A DNA stretch of 64,000 nt from an uncultured delta proteobacterium (GCA_963767925.1 CAVYGB010000008.1:2528001-2592000), one strand, 5' to 3'. Positions 43,470-53,660 are shown, counted from the stretch's first letter. Made by a program: numbers and translations. The notes: generated by a model not told the origin, from the letters alone.

Positions 43470-43782
43470 TTGCCACAGCTCGCTTTTTCTGGACAGCCGT
43501 AACAGCGCGCCCGGATACCTGACGGACACGTCGGCCAAGGTTTCCGGCCGGGTGCTCGGTTTTGAGGTCTGGTCCGAGCGGAATGGTCGCCTCCGACGCT
43601 GCGAGCCCTGGCCGGCGGTCCGCCGGCCCCGAACCCCCTGACGGGCACCGGACGGGAGCGCGCGGCGTACCAGTCGGTGCTCCGCGCCGAGATCCTCACC
43701 TGGCTCCCGCGCGTCCAGGGGCGTTTGCCCATTCCTATCGCCTCGGGGCAGGCGTAACTTGGAGCGGGTGGGAGGCGGTTTC

Positions 43783-44286
43783 ATGAGCCAGTGGATTGCA
43801 CGCGGGGCGCTCGCGCTGGGGCTGGTGGCCGTCTGGCCCACCGTTCATCTGCAGGCCGGGAACCCCCACGTCTTCCGGTTCGAGGCGGAGTGGCAGAGCA
43901 ACGCCGACGGCGGCGACTGCGACAGCCCGGCCTCGGTGCTGTCGCTGGTCTCCTCGCAGGCGGACGTCGACGTGGTGGTGTTCGTCCACCAGATCAACCT
44001 CGACCCCTGCAACCCGACCTCCCCGCTGCAGACGGCGCAGGGCACCGGCCAGGTCGAGATCCGCGGCAACCAGGCGCACCTGTTCGTCGAGGGGACCCTC
44101 GCCGTCGGCGACGACGGCGAGGTGAACATCGACCTGAAGCTGCGCAAGACCGGCAACCTCCCCGATCCGCTCCCGGGTGAGAAGCTGTGGAGCGCCAGGG
44201 CCGAGGGCGAGGTCGTCCTCGACGGGACCAACCTGACCGGCGGCCGGCCGAGCACCCGCGCCCAGATCAGCCGCAGCAAGCTCTGA
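43783..44286 (+). CDS. Hypothetical secreted beta-rich protein
   Basis: SD GGAGG; signal peptide ending HLQA; two Cys; GC3-biased codons. Confidence 0.7.
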   Translation: MSQWIARGALALGLVAVWPTVHLQAGNPHVFRFEAEWQSNADGGDCDSPASVLSLVSSQADVDVVVFVHQINLDPCNPTSPLQTAQGTGQVEIRGNQAHLFVEGTLAVGDDGEVNIDLKLRKTGNLPDPLPGEKLWSARAEGEVVLDGTNLTGGRPSTRAQISRSKL

Positions 44287-44498
44287 CCGCCTTGGACGCC
44301 GCCGCCCGCGGCCGCCAGACCTGGCCGGGTGCCCGGCCGCGCAGGGCAGCGGAAACCCGGCCGGTCCTCGGCTGTCTCTCCTGGGAGGGGAATGCGGTTC
44401 ACTTCGCCTGCGGGCGACATGCGTGAGGGAATGGCTGGCGCGGGGGGGACCAAGCCGATCGTGCAAGCCGCTTCCGGGAGGTCCCCCTGAAAACGCGG

Positions 44499-45062
44499 GT
44501 GCTCGCGCCGGCGGCCACGCTGCTGATGGTGCTGGCCTCCCTGCTCCCGTCCGACACGCGGGGCCCGTCCGGGCAGGGACCGGAACGCGATCTGGCTCCG
44601 CGGTCCCCCGGACGACCGATGCTGGCCTGGCTGTTCGAGCGCGGCACCGCCCTGGGGGACTCCGAGGAACGGGTCCTCATCGACCTGAGCGGACACGGGG
44701 TCGGAGAGGATCGCGTCGGCGGGCTGTCGATCGTCGCCGATCGAGCGGTCGTCCAGGGGGGGCTCGACGAGGTGATCGTCCGGCGCGTCGTCCGCCGCCG
44801 CCGCAACGATCTCCAGTATTGCTACGAGCAGGCGCTGGCGGGCGCGCCCGGCCTGAGCGGGCGCCTGGCGGTGCGTTTCACCATCGCGGCCAGCGGGGAG
44901 GTGACGAGCGCGGTGGTGGAGAGCCGCAGCCTCGACAGCCCCGGCCTCGAGCGCTGCGCGCTGCAGGCGATCCGGCGCTGGGTTTTTCCGCAGCCGGCCG
45001 GCGGGGGAGTCGTCGTGGCCACCTACCCCTTCACCTTCGGTCCGCCGGGCCAGCTCCGCTGA
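44499..45062 (+). CDS. AgmX/PglI C-terminal (TonB-C-like) domain protein
   Basis: GGLDEVIVRRVVRRRRNDLQYCYE...GRLAVRFTIAASGEV...LERC..AIRRWVFPQP.GGGVV..TYPFTF. Confidence 0.8.
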   Translation: MLAPAATLLMVLASLLPSDTRGPSGQGPERDLAPRSPGRPMLAWLFERGTALGDSEERVLIDLSGHGVGEDRVGGLSIVADRAVVQGGLDEVIVRRVVRRRRNDLQYCYEQALAGAPGLSGRLAVRFTIAASGEVTSAVVESRSLDSPGLERCALQAIRRWVFPQPAGGGVVVATYPFTFGPPGQLR

Positions 45063-45074
45063 GGCTCCGGGCGG

Positions 45075-46502
45075 TCAGCGGGTCGGCGTGTGAGCGGGCC
45101 GGGGGGCGGGCGGTGGGGCTGCCAGGGCAGGACCGGGCAGCCGCTCGGGGGCATCGGCCAGGGCCCAGGTGAGGGCGGCGAAGGCGGCTGTGGCCAGCGC
45201 GATCTCCTGGGGATCGATCTTGTCGACGGTGTCCCCCTGGGTGTGGTGCCAGTCGAAGTAGGCGCTCTGATCCTGGGCCACCGCCAGACCAGGCACGCCC
45301 CGCTCGACCAGCGGGGTCACGTCGGTGCCGACCCGGGGCGAGCTGCGCACGTCGATCGGCACCAGGTGCCCGAGCGGCTGCATCCACCGGCGCACGGCGG
45401 CCAGGGCGGGCTCGGCGGCGGCGACGTGGTAGCCGGTGGGCCGGCCCGCGCCCGCGTCCGCCTCCATCGCCGCCACGTGGCGGGAGATCTCGCTGGCGTG
45501 GGCCTCGGCGTAGCCCCGGGCGCCCGCGATCCCGATCTCCTCGTTGGTGAACAGCACCACCCGCACCGTGCGGCGCGGGCGCAGCCCCAGGGCGATCATC
45601 AGCCGGGCGCTGTCCATGGCGATGCCACACCCGGCGGCGTCGTCGAGCGCGCCGGTGCCCACGTCCCACGAATCGAGGTGGCAGCCGATCAGCACGATCT
45701 CGTCGGGCTTGCCCCGCCCCCGGACCTCGCCGACGACGTTCCAGCCGACGGCGTCGGCCCCCGCCCGCGCGGTCAGGCGCAGCCGCAGCCTCACCGGCCC
45801 CGCCTCCAGCAGGCGGTGGATGAGGTCGGCGTCCTCGGCGGCCAGGGCCGCGGTCGGGATGCGCGCGACCCCCTCCTCGTAGCGCATGGCCCCGGTGTGG
45901 GCCAGGCGGTGGTACCCTGTGCCCGCCGAGCGCACCAGCGCCGCCCGGGCCCCCAGCCGGGCCGCCTCGCTGGCCGCCCGCGCCCGCACCGTCGAGACGG
46001 CCACGTAGCCCGTGAAGTCCGGCGTGCGGACCATCGGCTGGTTGACGAGCACGATCTTGCCGGCGGCGCGCGCCCCGAGCTGGCGCAGGCTGTCGAGCGA
46101 ATCGACCTCCACCACCTCGGCTTCGAGGCCCTCCGGCCCGGTCCCCACGCTGCCGCCGAGGGTGGAGATCACGAGGGGCTGGCTGGTGGGAGCGATCACC
46201 GACGCCGACTCTTCCCCCCGGATCCAGGTGCGCACCGGGACGGCCTCGCGGTGGACCTTCTCGAGCCCGAGCCCGCGCAGGGTCTTCTCCGCCCAGGTGG
46301 TGGCCTTCTCCAGCGCGGGCGATCCGGTGGGCCGGGCCCCCACGCCGTCGGCCAGATCCCGGGCGAGCCGGTGGGCGCCGCCACCCGCCAGGGCGGCCCC
46401 CGCGATGCGGACCAGCGGCGTCTCCTCGGCCATCGCCGGTCCCGCTCCGGTTGCGCTGGCCAGCCCGGCCAGCGCGACAAACAACGACAATGGCCTGCGC
46501 AT
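45075..46502 (-). CDS. M28-family metallopeptidase (carboxypeptidase Q-like, PA domain)
   Basis: Signal peptide; GARPTGS, GCHLDSWDVGTGALDDAAG, FTNEEIG, YFDWHHT..DTVDK. Confidence 0.92.
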   Translation of the reverse strand: MRRPLSLFVALAGLASATGAGPAMAEETPLVRIAGAALAGGGAHRLARDLADGVGARPTGSPALEKATTWAEKTLRGLGLEKVHREAVPVRTWIRGEESASVIAPTSQPLVISTLGGSVGTGPEGLEAEVVEVDSLDSLRQLGARAAGKIVLVNQPMVRTPDFTGYVAVSTVRARAASEAARLGARAALVRSAGTGYHRLAHTGAMRYEEGVARIPTAALAAEDADLIHRLLEAGPVRLRLRLTARAGADAVGWNVVGEVRGRGKPDEIVLIGCHLDSWDVGTGALDDAAGCGIAMDSARLMIALGLRPRRTVRVVLFTNEEIGIAGARGYAEAHASEISRHVAAMEADAGAGRPTGYHVAAAEPALAAVRRWMQPLGHLVPIDVRSSPRVGTDVTPLVERGVPGLAVAQDQSAYFDWHHTQGDTVDKIDPQEIALATAAFAALTWALADAPERLPGPALAAPPPAPRPAHTPTR

Positions 46503-46629
46503 GGCCGCGCATTGTAGCGGACCGGGGCCGGGCCGCGGAACTCGACATTGCCCGGCCGGCCCGCCATGCTGGAGCGGCTGGAGCGAGCAGATGGAACGAA
46601 CCACCGCCCATCCGGGAGGGCGCTAGCCG

Positions 46630-48930
46630 GTGCCGCTGCTGCCGGTGCTGCTCGCCGCCTTGCCGCTCGCCGCGGCCGCTCCCCTGGGCAACCTGACCCG
46701 GGGTCACCAGGCCTACGCGGCGGGTGACTACGACCGGGCGGCGCGCACCCTGGGGGGCCTGTACCGCCGCCTGCCGCGCGTGCGCGACTACGCCCTCTAC
46801 CTGCAGGCCGAGAGCGAGTTCTTCGCCGGCCGCATCGCCAGCGCCCGGGTGCTGTTCATCGAGCTGCAGGGCGAGGCGGATTCGCGCTTCGCCGAGATCG
46901 CCCCCTGGCGCGTGGCCGACTGCCTGTGGGCGGAGGGACGCAAGAGCGAGGCGGCGGCCGCTTACCGGCGGCTCCTGAGCAAGCCGCCGGCGGGCGTGGA
47001 TCCGGTGGTGGCCCGCTTCCGGCTGGCCGAGCTGGAGGCGCCTTCGGTGGCGGCGCCCCTGTTCCGGCAGATCCACGCCGAGCACCCGGCCCATCCCCTG
47101 GCCGCCGAGGCGGTCCGCCGGGTCGAGCCGGCGGCGGCCGAGGAGGAGGCCGGGTCGGACCCTCGCACGCGCCTGCGCCGGGCGGCGCGCCTGGTGGAGG
47201 GCCGGCGCTTCGAGGACGCGGTCGCCGAGCTGGAGACGTTGCCCGCCGAGCTGCCCGCCGGCCTGCGCGAGGAGCGGGACTTCGAGCTCGGCATGGCGAA
47301 GTTCCGCACCCGCCACGCCTACGCGGAGGCGGCGGCCCTGCTGGGCGCGGTGGCGCCCAGGCTGCAGGGGGAGAAGGCGCCCTTCGCCGCCTTTCACGCG
47401 GCCCGGGCCCTGCTGCGGGCGGGGCGCACCGACGAGGCCATCGTCGGGGCCCGCCAGGTCGTCGAGCGTTATCCCAGCTCGCGCTGGGCGGCGGAGGCCC
47501 AGTTCCTGGTGGGCTGGCTCGAGTTCAACCGGGGCGAATACGCGCGGGCCCTGCCCGGCTTGCAGACGACGATCGAGCGCCACCGGCGCACGACCTTCGG
47601 CGAAAACGCGACCTGGTACCTCGCCCTGGCCCACCACTTCCTGGGGCAGCCCGACCCGGCCCTAACCGCGCTGGCCGAATACGCCCGCCTGGCGACCGCC
47701 GACCCCGAGGCGGGGCGGCGGGTGGCCTTCTGGCGGGGCCGCTTCCTGGTGGCGAAGGGCAGCGTCGACGAGGGGCTGGGGCTGTGGCGCGCCCTGGTCA
47801 AGGAGCAGCCCTTCAGCTACTACGGCCTGCTGGCCGCCGCGCGCCTGCGCGACCGCCGGGAGAAGGTGGGCCTCGACCTGCCACGCACCGACTTCAAGCT
47901 CGCCCCGATCGGACGCAAGACGCCCTCCGACCCGGCCCTGCTGCGAGCCGACGAGCTGGCCAAGGCCGGCCTGCTCCCGGAGGCGGCCCACGAGCTGCTC
48001 CGGGCCGAGGGCGGGCTCGAGCAGCGGCTGGGCAAGGAGCAGGCGCTTACCGTCCTGCTCGAGCGGTATCCCCGCTACGAGGGCTTCCGGCGCGCCTTCC
48101 AGCTCGCCGATGCCCGCGGCGCGACGGCCCTCAAGTCCCTCCCCTCGGGGGGCGCTCGCGCGATCTGGGAGGCGGCTTACCCCCGGGCCTACCGCGCGCT
48201 GGCCGAGAAGGAGGGGAAGAAGGCCCGGGTCCCCTCCCTCTTCATCTATTCCATCATGCACAAGGAGTCGGGCTTCGGGCCCACGCTGGCCTCGCGGGTC
48301 GACGCCCGCGGCCTGATGCAGCTCATGCCCACCCTGGGCCAGGAGATGTCGGATCGACTGGGCATCCCCTTTCTGCCCGAGGACCTCTTCCGCCCGGAGA
48401 CGAACATCCGCCTGGGGACCCGCCGCCTCGGTGAGCTGAGCCAGATGTTCGCAGACCAGCTCTTCCTGGTGGCCGGGGCCTACAACGGCGGCAACGTCGC
48501 CGTCGAGCGCTGGCTGGAGAAACATGGGGATCGCCCCCTCGACGAGTTCCTCGAGCTGGTGGGCTTCCGCGAGTCGCGCGAATACATGAAGCGGGTCACC
48601 GGCATCCACGCCCGCTACGTCTACCTGTACAGCGGCAAGGTGCCCGAGCTGTCGCTGGCGATAAAGCCGGCCCGCAAGCCGGCGGCGCAAGAGAAGGAAG
48701 AGAAAGAAGAGAGGAAGGCCAAGAGCGAGAAGAAGAGCGAGAAGAAGAGCGAGAAGAAGAACGTGAAGACGGCGACGGCCAAGGGGAAGAAAGAAGCCGA
48801 CCGGGCGACGAAGAAGGGGAGCGTCCGCCCGGCGGAGCGCAAGAAGGCGGCGCCCGCACCGAGCCGCAAGCAGGCCGCCGAATCCGCCGTCGAGCAGGCC
48901 ACGCCCACCGAAGCCCCCGAAGATTTGTGA
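46630..48930 (+). CDS. Soluble lytic transglycosylase (Slt-like) with TPR region and Lys-rich tail
   Basis: TPR-like helices; SIMHKESGF, ARGLMQLMP, AGAYNGG, ESREYMKRV; highly basic C-tail. Confidence 0.9.
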   Translation: MPLLPVLLAALPLAAAAPLGNLTRGHQAYAAGDYDRAARTLGGLYRRLPRVRDYALYLQAESEFFAGRIASARVLFIELQGEADSRFAEIAPWRVADCLWAEGRKSEAAAAYRRLLSKPPAGVDPVVARFRLAELEAPSVAAPLFRQIHAEHPAHPLAAEAVRRVEPAAAEEEAGSDPRTRLRRAARLVEGRRFEDAVAELETLPAELPAGLREERDFELGMAKFRTRHAYAEAAALLGAVAPRLQGEKAPFAAFHAARALLRAGRTDEAIVGARQVVERYPSSRWAAEAQFLVGWLEFNRGEYARALPGLQTTIERHRRTTFGENATWYLALAHHFLGQPDPALTALAEYARLATADPEAGRRVAFWRGRFLVAKGSVDEGLGLWRALVKEQPFSYYGLLAAARLRDRREKVGLDLPRTDFKLAPIGRKTPSDPALLRADELAKAGLLPEAAHELLRAEGGLEQRLGKEQALTVLLERYPRYEGFRRAFQLADARGATALKSLPSGGARAIWEAAYPRAYRALAEKEGKKARVPSLFIYSIMHKESGFGPTLASRVDARGLMQLMPTLGQEMSDRLGIPFLPEDLFRPETNIRLGTRRLGELSQMFADQLFLVAGAYNGGNVAVERWLEKHGDRPLDEFLELVGFRESREYMKRVTGIHARYVYLYSGKVPELSLAIKPARKPAAQEKEEKEERKAKSEKKSEKKSEKKNVKTATAKGKKEADRATKKGSVRPAERKKAAPAPSRKQAAESAVEQATPTEAPEDL
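48721..48756 (+). repeat. 12-bp tandem repeat x3 (KSEK) in the Slt tail
   Basis: AAGAGCGAGAAG repeated three times exactly. Confidence 0.8.
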
Positions 48931-51554
48931 GACGACCGGTGACCGCTCGCCGGCCCGCGCAGACGTTGCTGGCGCTCGTCGGTCCGGCGCTGCGGCTGGC
49001 GGCCGCCGGGCTCGCGCTGGTCGCGGCCACGCCGGCCCGGGGGCAGCCGCCGGCCACGGCGGGTCCTGCACTGGCGGTCGACCAGCCGGTCATCGTGGGG
49101 GCGGTCGGCGATCAGACGGCGCCGGCCGCGGCCCATGCCGGCGGCGGAGTCTTCCTCGTTGTGTGGCACACGAGCCTCTGGGAGGGCGAGGTGCGCGCGG
49201 CCCGGGTGACGGCCGCCGGCCAGACCTGGGAGCCTCGCGGCCTGCGCCTGCCGGGGCTGGAGGGGAGCGAGACGCGGCTGGCGGTGGCCGCGGGCGGCGG
49301 GAGCGCCCTCGTGCTGAGCGCCACCGAGGGGGTGCTCGAGGCGGCTCCCCTCGGCATCGCAGCGGACGGACCGCTGCAGCCGGGGACGCCCGCGGTGATC
49401 GCGGCGCCGGCCGGTGGGGACGCGGGGCGGCCGGCGATGGCCTGGAACGGATCGACCTTCTGGGTGGCCTGGTCGAGCGGCGCGGGGATCCAGGCGCTGC
49501 GGATCGACGCCCGGGGGCAGCCCCTCGAGGCGGTCCCGCTCACCCTGTCGGCCACTCCGGGACACCCCGCGCTGGCCTGGGCCGGGGATGACACCCTCGC
49601 CGCCTGGTCGACCGCCGTGGGAGGGCAGGTGCTGCTGCGGGCGATCCGGCTCGACAGCGAGGGCCGTCGGGTCGACGGGGAGGCGATCGAGCTGGGGGCG
49701 CTCGCCGGCAGCGGCGCGGGCCCCACCGCCGCCGCGGCCACCGGCGACATGTTCCTGGTTGCCGCGGCGGCCGAGGGCCCGGCCGGCGGCGCCATCGGCG
49801 CGGTCCGCCTCTCGCCCGCAGGGCGCGCCCTCGATCCCGCGCCACTCGCCCTGGCGGCGCTGCCCGGGCGGGTGGCGGGCGGCCCGACGGCGATCTGGAA
49901 CGGAACCCGCTTCGTCGTCCTGTGGGGCGAGCCGACCGGGCCCCCCGGGGCAGGCGCCCGGGCCGTGTCGCCCGAGGGCCGGCTCGTCGGGCCCGATGGG
50001 GCGGTCGGCGCGCTGGGGCTGCCCGGCCTCGGCGCGGCTGGCGAGCAACCGGTTGTGGTGGCCGGCGGCGGGCAGGCGCTGGCGATCCTGGCCCGGCCGC
50101 TGGCGGGCGCCGGCGACCTCGACATCCGGGCGGTCGGGCTCGACGACAGCGGCGCGGCGGCCGGCCCCGACTTCCTCGTGTCGGGTGGCTGGAACAAGCA
50201 GGGCAATCCGGCGCTGGCGGTCGCGGGGGCCAGCCGGCGGCGCCTGCTGCTGGCCTGGGAAGACGGCCGCGCCGACCGGCTGAACCGGGACATCCACGCG
50301 GCGCTGCTCGACGACGCGGGGACGCCGGTCGCGGGGGCCAGCCTGGCGCTGGCCAGCGGCCCCGCCGCCCAGCGCGCGCCCGCGGTGGCCTGGGACGGCC
50401 GCGCCTTCCAGGCGGTCTGGCACGAGCCGGGCCGGGGCCTGCTCGCGACCCGCGTGTCGGCCGATGGGAAGGTCCTGGACCGGCCCGCGCTGCCGGTGCC
50501 GGGAACCGCCGGCCGCCAGGTGCTCTCCGATCCCGCGCTGTGCGGCGACGACGCCGGCGCGCTGCTGATCTGGAGCGCCCGCCGCGACCCGACCCCCGGC
50601 GCGGTGGCCGACAGCGAGCTGCGGGCGATGTCCCTCGCGCCCGGGGGCAACGTCCGCGACGGGCGGAGTGTTCCCCTGCGCACCGCCCACGACGTCTCGT
50701 CGCCCCCCAGTCTCCGCCTGGCCTGCGCGGCCGGCGGCGCGCTGCTGGTCTGGAGCGGCCTTTACGAGATGGACCGCTCCGACGCCCCGGACTTGCAGAT
50801 GATGGCCGTCCGGCGCCACGGCGAGGGCCCACCCGCCGCCGTCACCGTGCTCGAGCACGGCACCGCCGACGAGGGGCCGGCGCTGGCCAGCGACGGGGAC
50901 GGCTTCCTGGTGGCCTGGCGCCCGCGCCAGGAGAACGGCGCCCGGGTGGCCATCCGGGGCATCCGGGTCGACGCCAGCGGCGCCGCGCTCGATCGTCCGG
51001 CGCGCGAGCTCGGCGCGCTCAACGCCGGCCACCGGGTCAGCGCCCACTGGGACGGGAGCCAGTACGTGCTGGTCGGCATCCAGACGGTGGCGGCTGGCGC
51101 CTTCGAGCTGCGCGGGCGCCGGCTGCGCGCCGACCTCGGCGCCCTGGATCCCGACTGGTTCGCCATCGACGGCGTCTCGAGCGCGCGGGGGACCGGCACG
51201 TTGCCCGTGGTGGCGGCGCTGGGCCCCGCCGCCGCCCTCGTCGCCTACGAGACCTTCCCCGACGACGACGCCACCTCCAACCAGCGGCTGCAGCTCCGTT
51301 CGCTCGCCACCCCGCCGCTCGACCCGATGGCGGTCGTCCCGCCGGCGGGTGCCGGTCCGGTCCCCGCGGGCGCCCGCGGCGGGTGCGCCTGCGCGCTCGC
51401 GGATCCCGCGCCCGCTCCGCCCGCGCTCGCCCTGCTGCTCGCGGCCGCCGCCTTACGGCTCAGCGCGCGCGCCGGTACCGGAAGGTCTCGGAGAAGCGCT
51501 CCATCCGGGCCCGCTCGCAAAACCCCACCACGTCGGACATCGAGAACAGGTTGA
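48927..51554 (+). CDS. Large secreted beta-propeller-like repeat protein with MYXO-CTERM-like tail
   Basis: Signal peptide; about 10 repeats of 'PAxAWxGxxFxVxW...xRxxxxG'; tail GGCACA...ALALLLAAAALRLSAR plus Arg-rich end. Start may be 48939. Confidence 0.75.
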   Translation: MRRPVTARRPAQTLLALVGPALRLAAAGLALVAATPARGQPPATAGPALAVDQPVIVGAVGDQTAPAAAHAGGGVFLVVWHTSLWEGEVRAARVTAAGQTWEPRGLRLPGLEGSETRLAVAAGGGSALVLSATEGVLEAAPLGIAADGPLQPGTPAVIAAPAGGDAGRPAMAWNGSTFWVAWSSGAGIQALRIDARGQPLEAVPLTLSATPGHPALAWAGDDTLAAWSTAVGGQVLLRAIRLDSEGRRVDGEAIELGALAGSGAGPTAAAATGDMFLVAAAAEGPAGGAIGAVRLSPAGRALDPAPLALAALPGRVAGGPTAIWNGTRFVVLWGEPTGPPGAGARAVSPEGRLVGPDGAVGALGLPGLGAAGEQPVVVAGGGQALAILARPLAGAGDLDIRAVGLDDSGAAAGPDFLVSGGWNKQGNPALAVAGASRRRLLLAWEDGRADRLNRDIHAALLDDAGTPVAGASLALASGPAAQRAPAVAWDGRAFQAVWHEPGRGLLATRVSADGKVLDRPALPVPGTAGRQVLSDPALCGDDAGALLIWSARRDPTPGAVADSELRAMSLAPGGNVRDGRSVPLRTAHDVSSPPSLRLACAAGGALLVWSGLYEMDRSDAPDLQMMAVRRHGEGPPAAVTVLEHGTADEGPALASDGDGFLVAWRPRQENGARVAIRGIRVDASGAALDRPARELGALNAGHRVSAHWDGSQYVLVGIQTVAAGAFELRGRRLRADLGALDPDWFAIDGVSSARGTGTLPVVAALGPAAALVAYETFPDDDATSNQRLQLRSLATPPLDPMAVVPPAGAGPVPAGARGGCACALADPAPAPPALALLLAAAALRLSARAGTGRSRRSAPSGPARKTPPRRTSRTG

Positions 51555-51685
51555 CGCTCACGACGGCGCCCGGGCAGCGGCGCGCCGGCGGGGGCTGTGC
51601 GCGAGGTCGACCCGAGCGGGCGCTTTCCGCCGGTCGCCGGAAAAACGCGGTGACCGTCGGGGCCGCCGCGGACAAAAGTGTCTCG

Positions 51686-51958
51686 ATGCGTACGGCCTCC
51701 CGTTTCCTCTTCCCGCTCCTCTTCCTCCTCTCCGGCGCGCTCGGCGCGTACGCGTGTGATCCGGAGGGCTGCTTCAGCCCCAGCCAGAACCTGGACCGGG
51801 CCTACGACGACGGGGCGGTGGGGTGCTCGTGCGGCGGCGGCGACGACGTGTGCGCCAGGGACAGCGAAGGGCGATCCGTCGCCCTGGTCTGCGAGTCCGG
51901 AAACTGGATCGCGGCGGAGGACGGGCCCTGCACGCCCATCCCGCCACCGCGCCCGTGA
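51686..51958 (+). CDS. Small Cys-rich lipoprotein
   Basis: Signal ending AYA-C; six further Cys in about 60 aa (C..GCSC..VCA..LVC..GPC). Confidence 0.7.
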   Translation: MRTASRFLFPLLFLLSGALGAYACDPEGCFSPSQNLDRAYDDGAVGCSCGGGDDVCARDSEGRSVALVCESGNWIAAEDGPCTPIPPPRP

Positions 51959-51991
51959 CGACTCGCCCTCCGCTCGCGATTCGCCGCGGAG

Positions 51992-52468
51992 CTACTCCGA
52001 CGGCGCGCCGGAGCTGACCCAGGCCGCGATGGTGGCGACCTCCTCGGGGGTCAGGCAGCGCTGCGCGCCGGTGCCGTTGCAGCCGAGCGGCATCTTGGCC
52101 CCGCAGGGGTACGGGCCGTCGGGCTGGATCTTCTGGAGGATGAGGCTCTCGGCGGCGTTGCCGGCGACCATCCGCGGTCGCCCGGCGCAGGGCCCGTTCG
52201 CCAGGGTCATCCCGCGCAGGCGGGTGAACTGGGAGGTGGCGGTGGCGTAGGAGCCGGGCCCGGGGTTGCCGTGGCACTCCATGCGGGCGCAGCCCATCGT
52301 CAGGATGGCGGCCACGTTGGCCGGGACGCGGCCCGTCCCGGCGGCAGCATCAGCCGCCGTTGCGACCCCGCCGCCGTCCCTCGGTGATTCGGTCGTGGGG
52401 TCCGCACACCCCATCCACGCCGCCCCCGACATCGACAGCAGGACCAGTCCCGTGAGGTAGGTCTTCAT
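51992..52468 (-). CDS. c-type cytochrome-like lipoprotein with atypical CX4CH motif
   Basis: SD AAGGAG; lipobox WMG-C; CARMECH, VAGNAAESLILQKI, KMPLG, IAAWVSSGA (planctomycete-cytochrome-c-like pattern). Confidence 0.7.
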   Translation of the reverse strand: MKTYLTGLVLLSMSGAAWMGCADPTTESPRDGGGVATAADAAAGTGRVPANVAAILTMGCARMECHGNPGPGSYATATSQFTRLRGMTLANGPCAGRPRMVAGNAAESLILQKIQPDGPYPCGAKMPLGCNGTGAQRCLTPEEVATIAAWVSSGAPSE

Positions 52469-52652
52469 CTGATTCTCCTTCTCGTGGTGCAAGAGCCCCC
52501 GCAGAAAAAATCCGCGGAGTATCTGGGGAAGAGCGCACCTTAATCGGGAGCCCCCGCCTGGAAAAGCACGGAGTGCCAGATCGGCATTCGAAGCGCTGCA
52601 ACCGCCGGGGAGAGGAAGACCCCCTGCTTGCCTCGAGGGGCGCGGGGCTGGG

Positions 52653-53660
52653 TCAGGGTTTGGAGGGCATTCCCTCGGGGCAGGGGATGGGTTTGTCGCC
52701 GACGGCGACATCGTCTATCCAGAGCTCGACCGGCTGCGCGCTGTGGTACGACTCCCAGCCGATGTGGAGGGTGTCGACCGCCATGGGCGCCCGCCAGCAC
52801 TGGCCGGCCGGAGCCACCGGGATGTCGTCGGCGGAGATGCCGTCCACCCACTCGTGGATGTCGTTCTTCGCCCCGTCGAAGCGCCACTGGTAACAGGTCC
52901 AGCGCTTCTCCGGGAACGGGACCGCCGAATATTTGGTGCAGTCGCCGGGCTCGTAGTTGATGACGACCTTGCCGTTCTCGCCGCCGGTGTTCAGCTGGGC
53001 GCGACCGCCGCCCTGGAGGGCCCCGCCACCTCGCACGATCTCGAAGTGCGAGTCGGTGCCCGAGGGGCTCTTGGTCAGGTAATACATCAAGCGCCCGTGG
53101 ACGACGTTCCCCGCGATCGGCAACACGGGCTGGCGCAGCTCGATGAACATCCTCGCGGGCGCGCCCTGGTGGGTGAACCGGACGGCGCGGGCGCCGCTGA
53201 AGGCCCGGGTCTCGTCGACGGCCAGCGCGCCCCGGGTGAGCGCGGTCCTCCAGCCGGCCCCGGGCGGTCCGCCCGCGGCGAAGCTCTCGAAGTCGTCGCA
53301 GAACTTGCCCGCACAGCCGGCGGGCGCGGCGGGCGCCGCATCGGCCGCGGCGGCGTCGCGGCGGCCGTCGATCGCCGGCCGCCCGGCGTCCGCGGGCGCC
53401 GGGCTGGATCCGCCGCGCCCACCGCTGCCGGCCGTCCCCGAGCCACCCGTGCCGGCGCTTCCGGTCGGTGAGCCGCCCGTGCCGGCGCTTCCCGTTGGCG
53501 AGCCGCCCGTGCCGGCGTTGCCGGTCTGCGAGCCCCCGGCGCCCGCGGCGCTGCCGCCGGCCCCACCCGCCCCGGGCGGAGGCGCCGGCTCGGACGGGCC
53601 GTTCGAGCTACAGGCGGAGGCCAGGGCAATCAGGAGGACGGAGCGGGCGCGGAAATCCAT
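52653..53660 (-). CDS. Lipoprotein with Gly-rich linker and Cip1-like/polysaccharide-lyase-like beta-sandwich domain
   Basis: Lipobox ASA-C; TGSAGTGGSP repeats; FCDDFES...VDETRAFSG...WTCYQW...GWESY...LWIDDVAVG..PIPC. Confidence 0.7.
   Translation of the reverse strand: MDFRARSVLLIALASACSSNGPSEPAPPPGAGGAGGSAAGAGGSQTGNAGTGGSPTGSAGTGGSPTGSAGTGGSGTAGSGGRGGSSPAPADAGRPAIDGRRDAAAADAAPAAPAGCAGKFCDDFESFAAGGPPGAGWRTALTRGALAVDETRAFSGARAVRFTHQGAPARMFIELRQPVLPIAGNVVHGRLMYYLTKSPSGTDSHFEIVRGGGALQGGGRAQLNTGGENGKVVINYEPGDCTKYSAVPFPEKRWTCYQWRFDGAKNDIHEWVDGISADDIPVAPAGQCWRAPMAVDTLHIGWESYHSAQPVELWIDDVAVGDKPIPCPEGMPSKP
53440..53529. repeat. 30-bp imperfect tandem repeat x3 encoding the Gly/Ser/Thr linker
   Basis: GAGCC(A/G)CCCGTGCCGGCG(C/T)T... 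units at 53440, 53470 and 53500. Confidence 0.75.

Noticed and set aside
52560..52582. Sigma54 promoter (TGGCAC...TGC) upstream of the cytochrome gene
   Set aside because: GG-to-GC spacing is 8 nt rather than the required 10.
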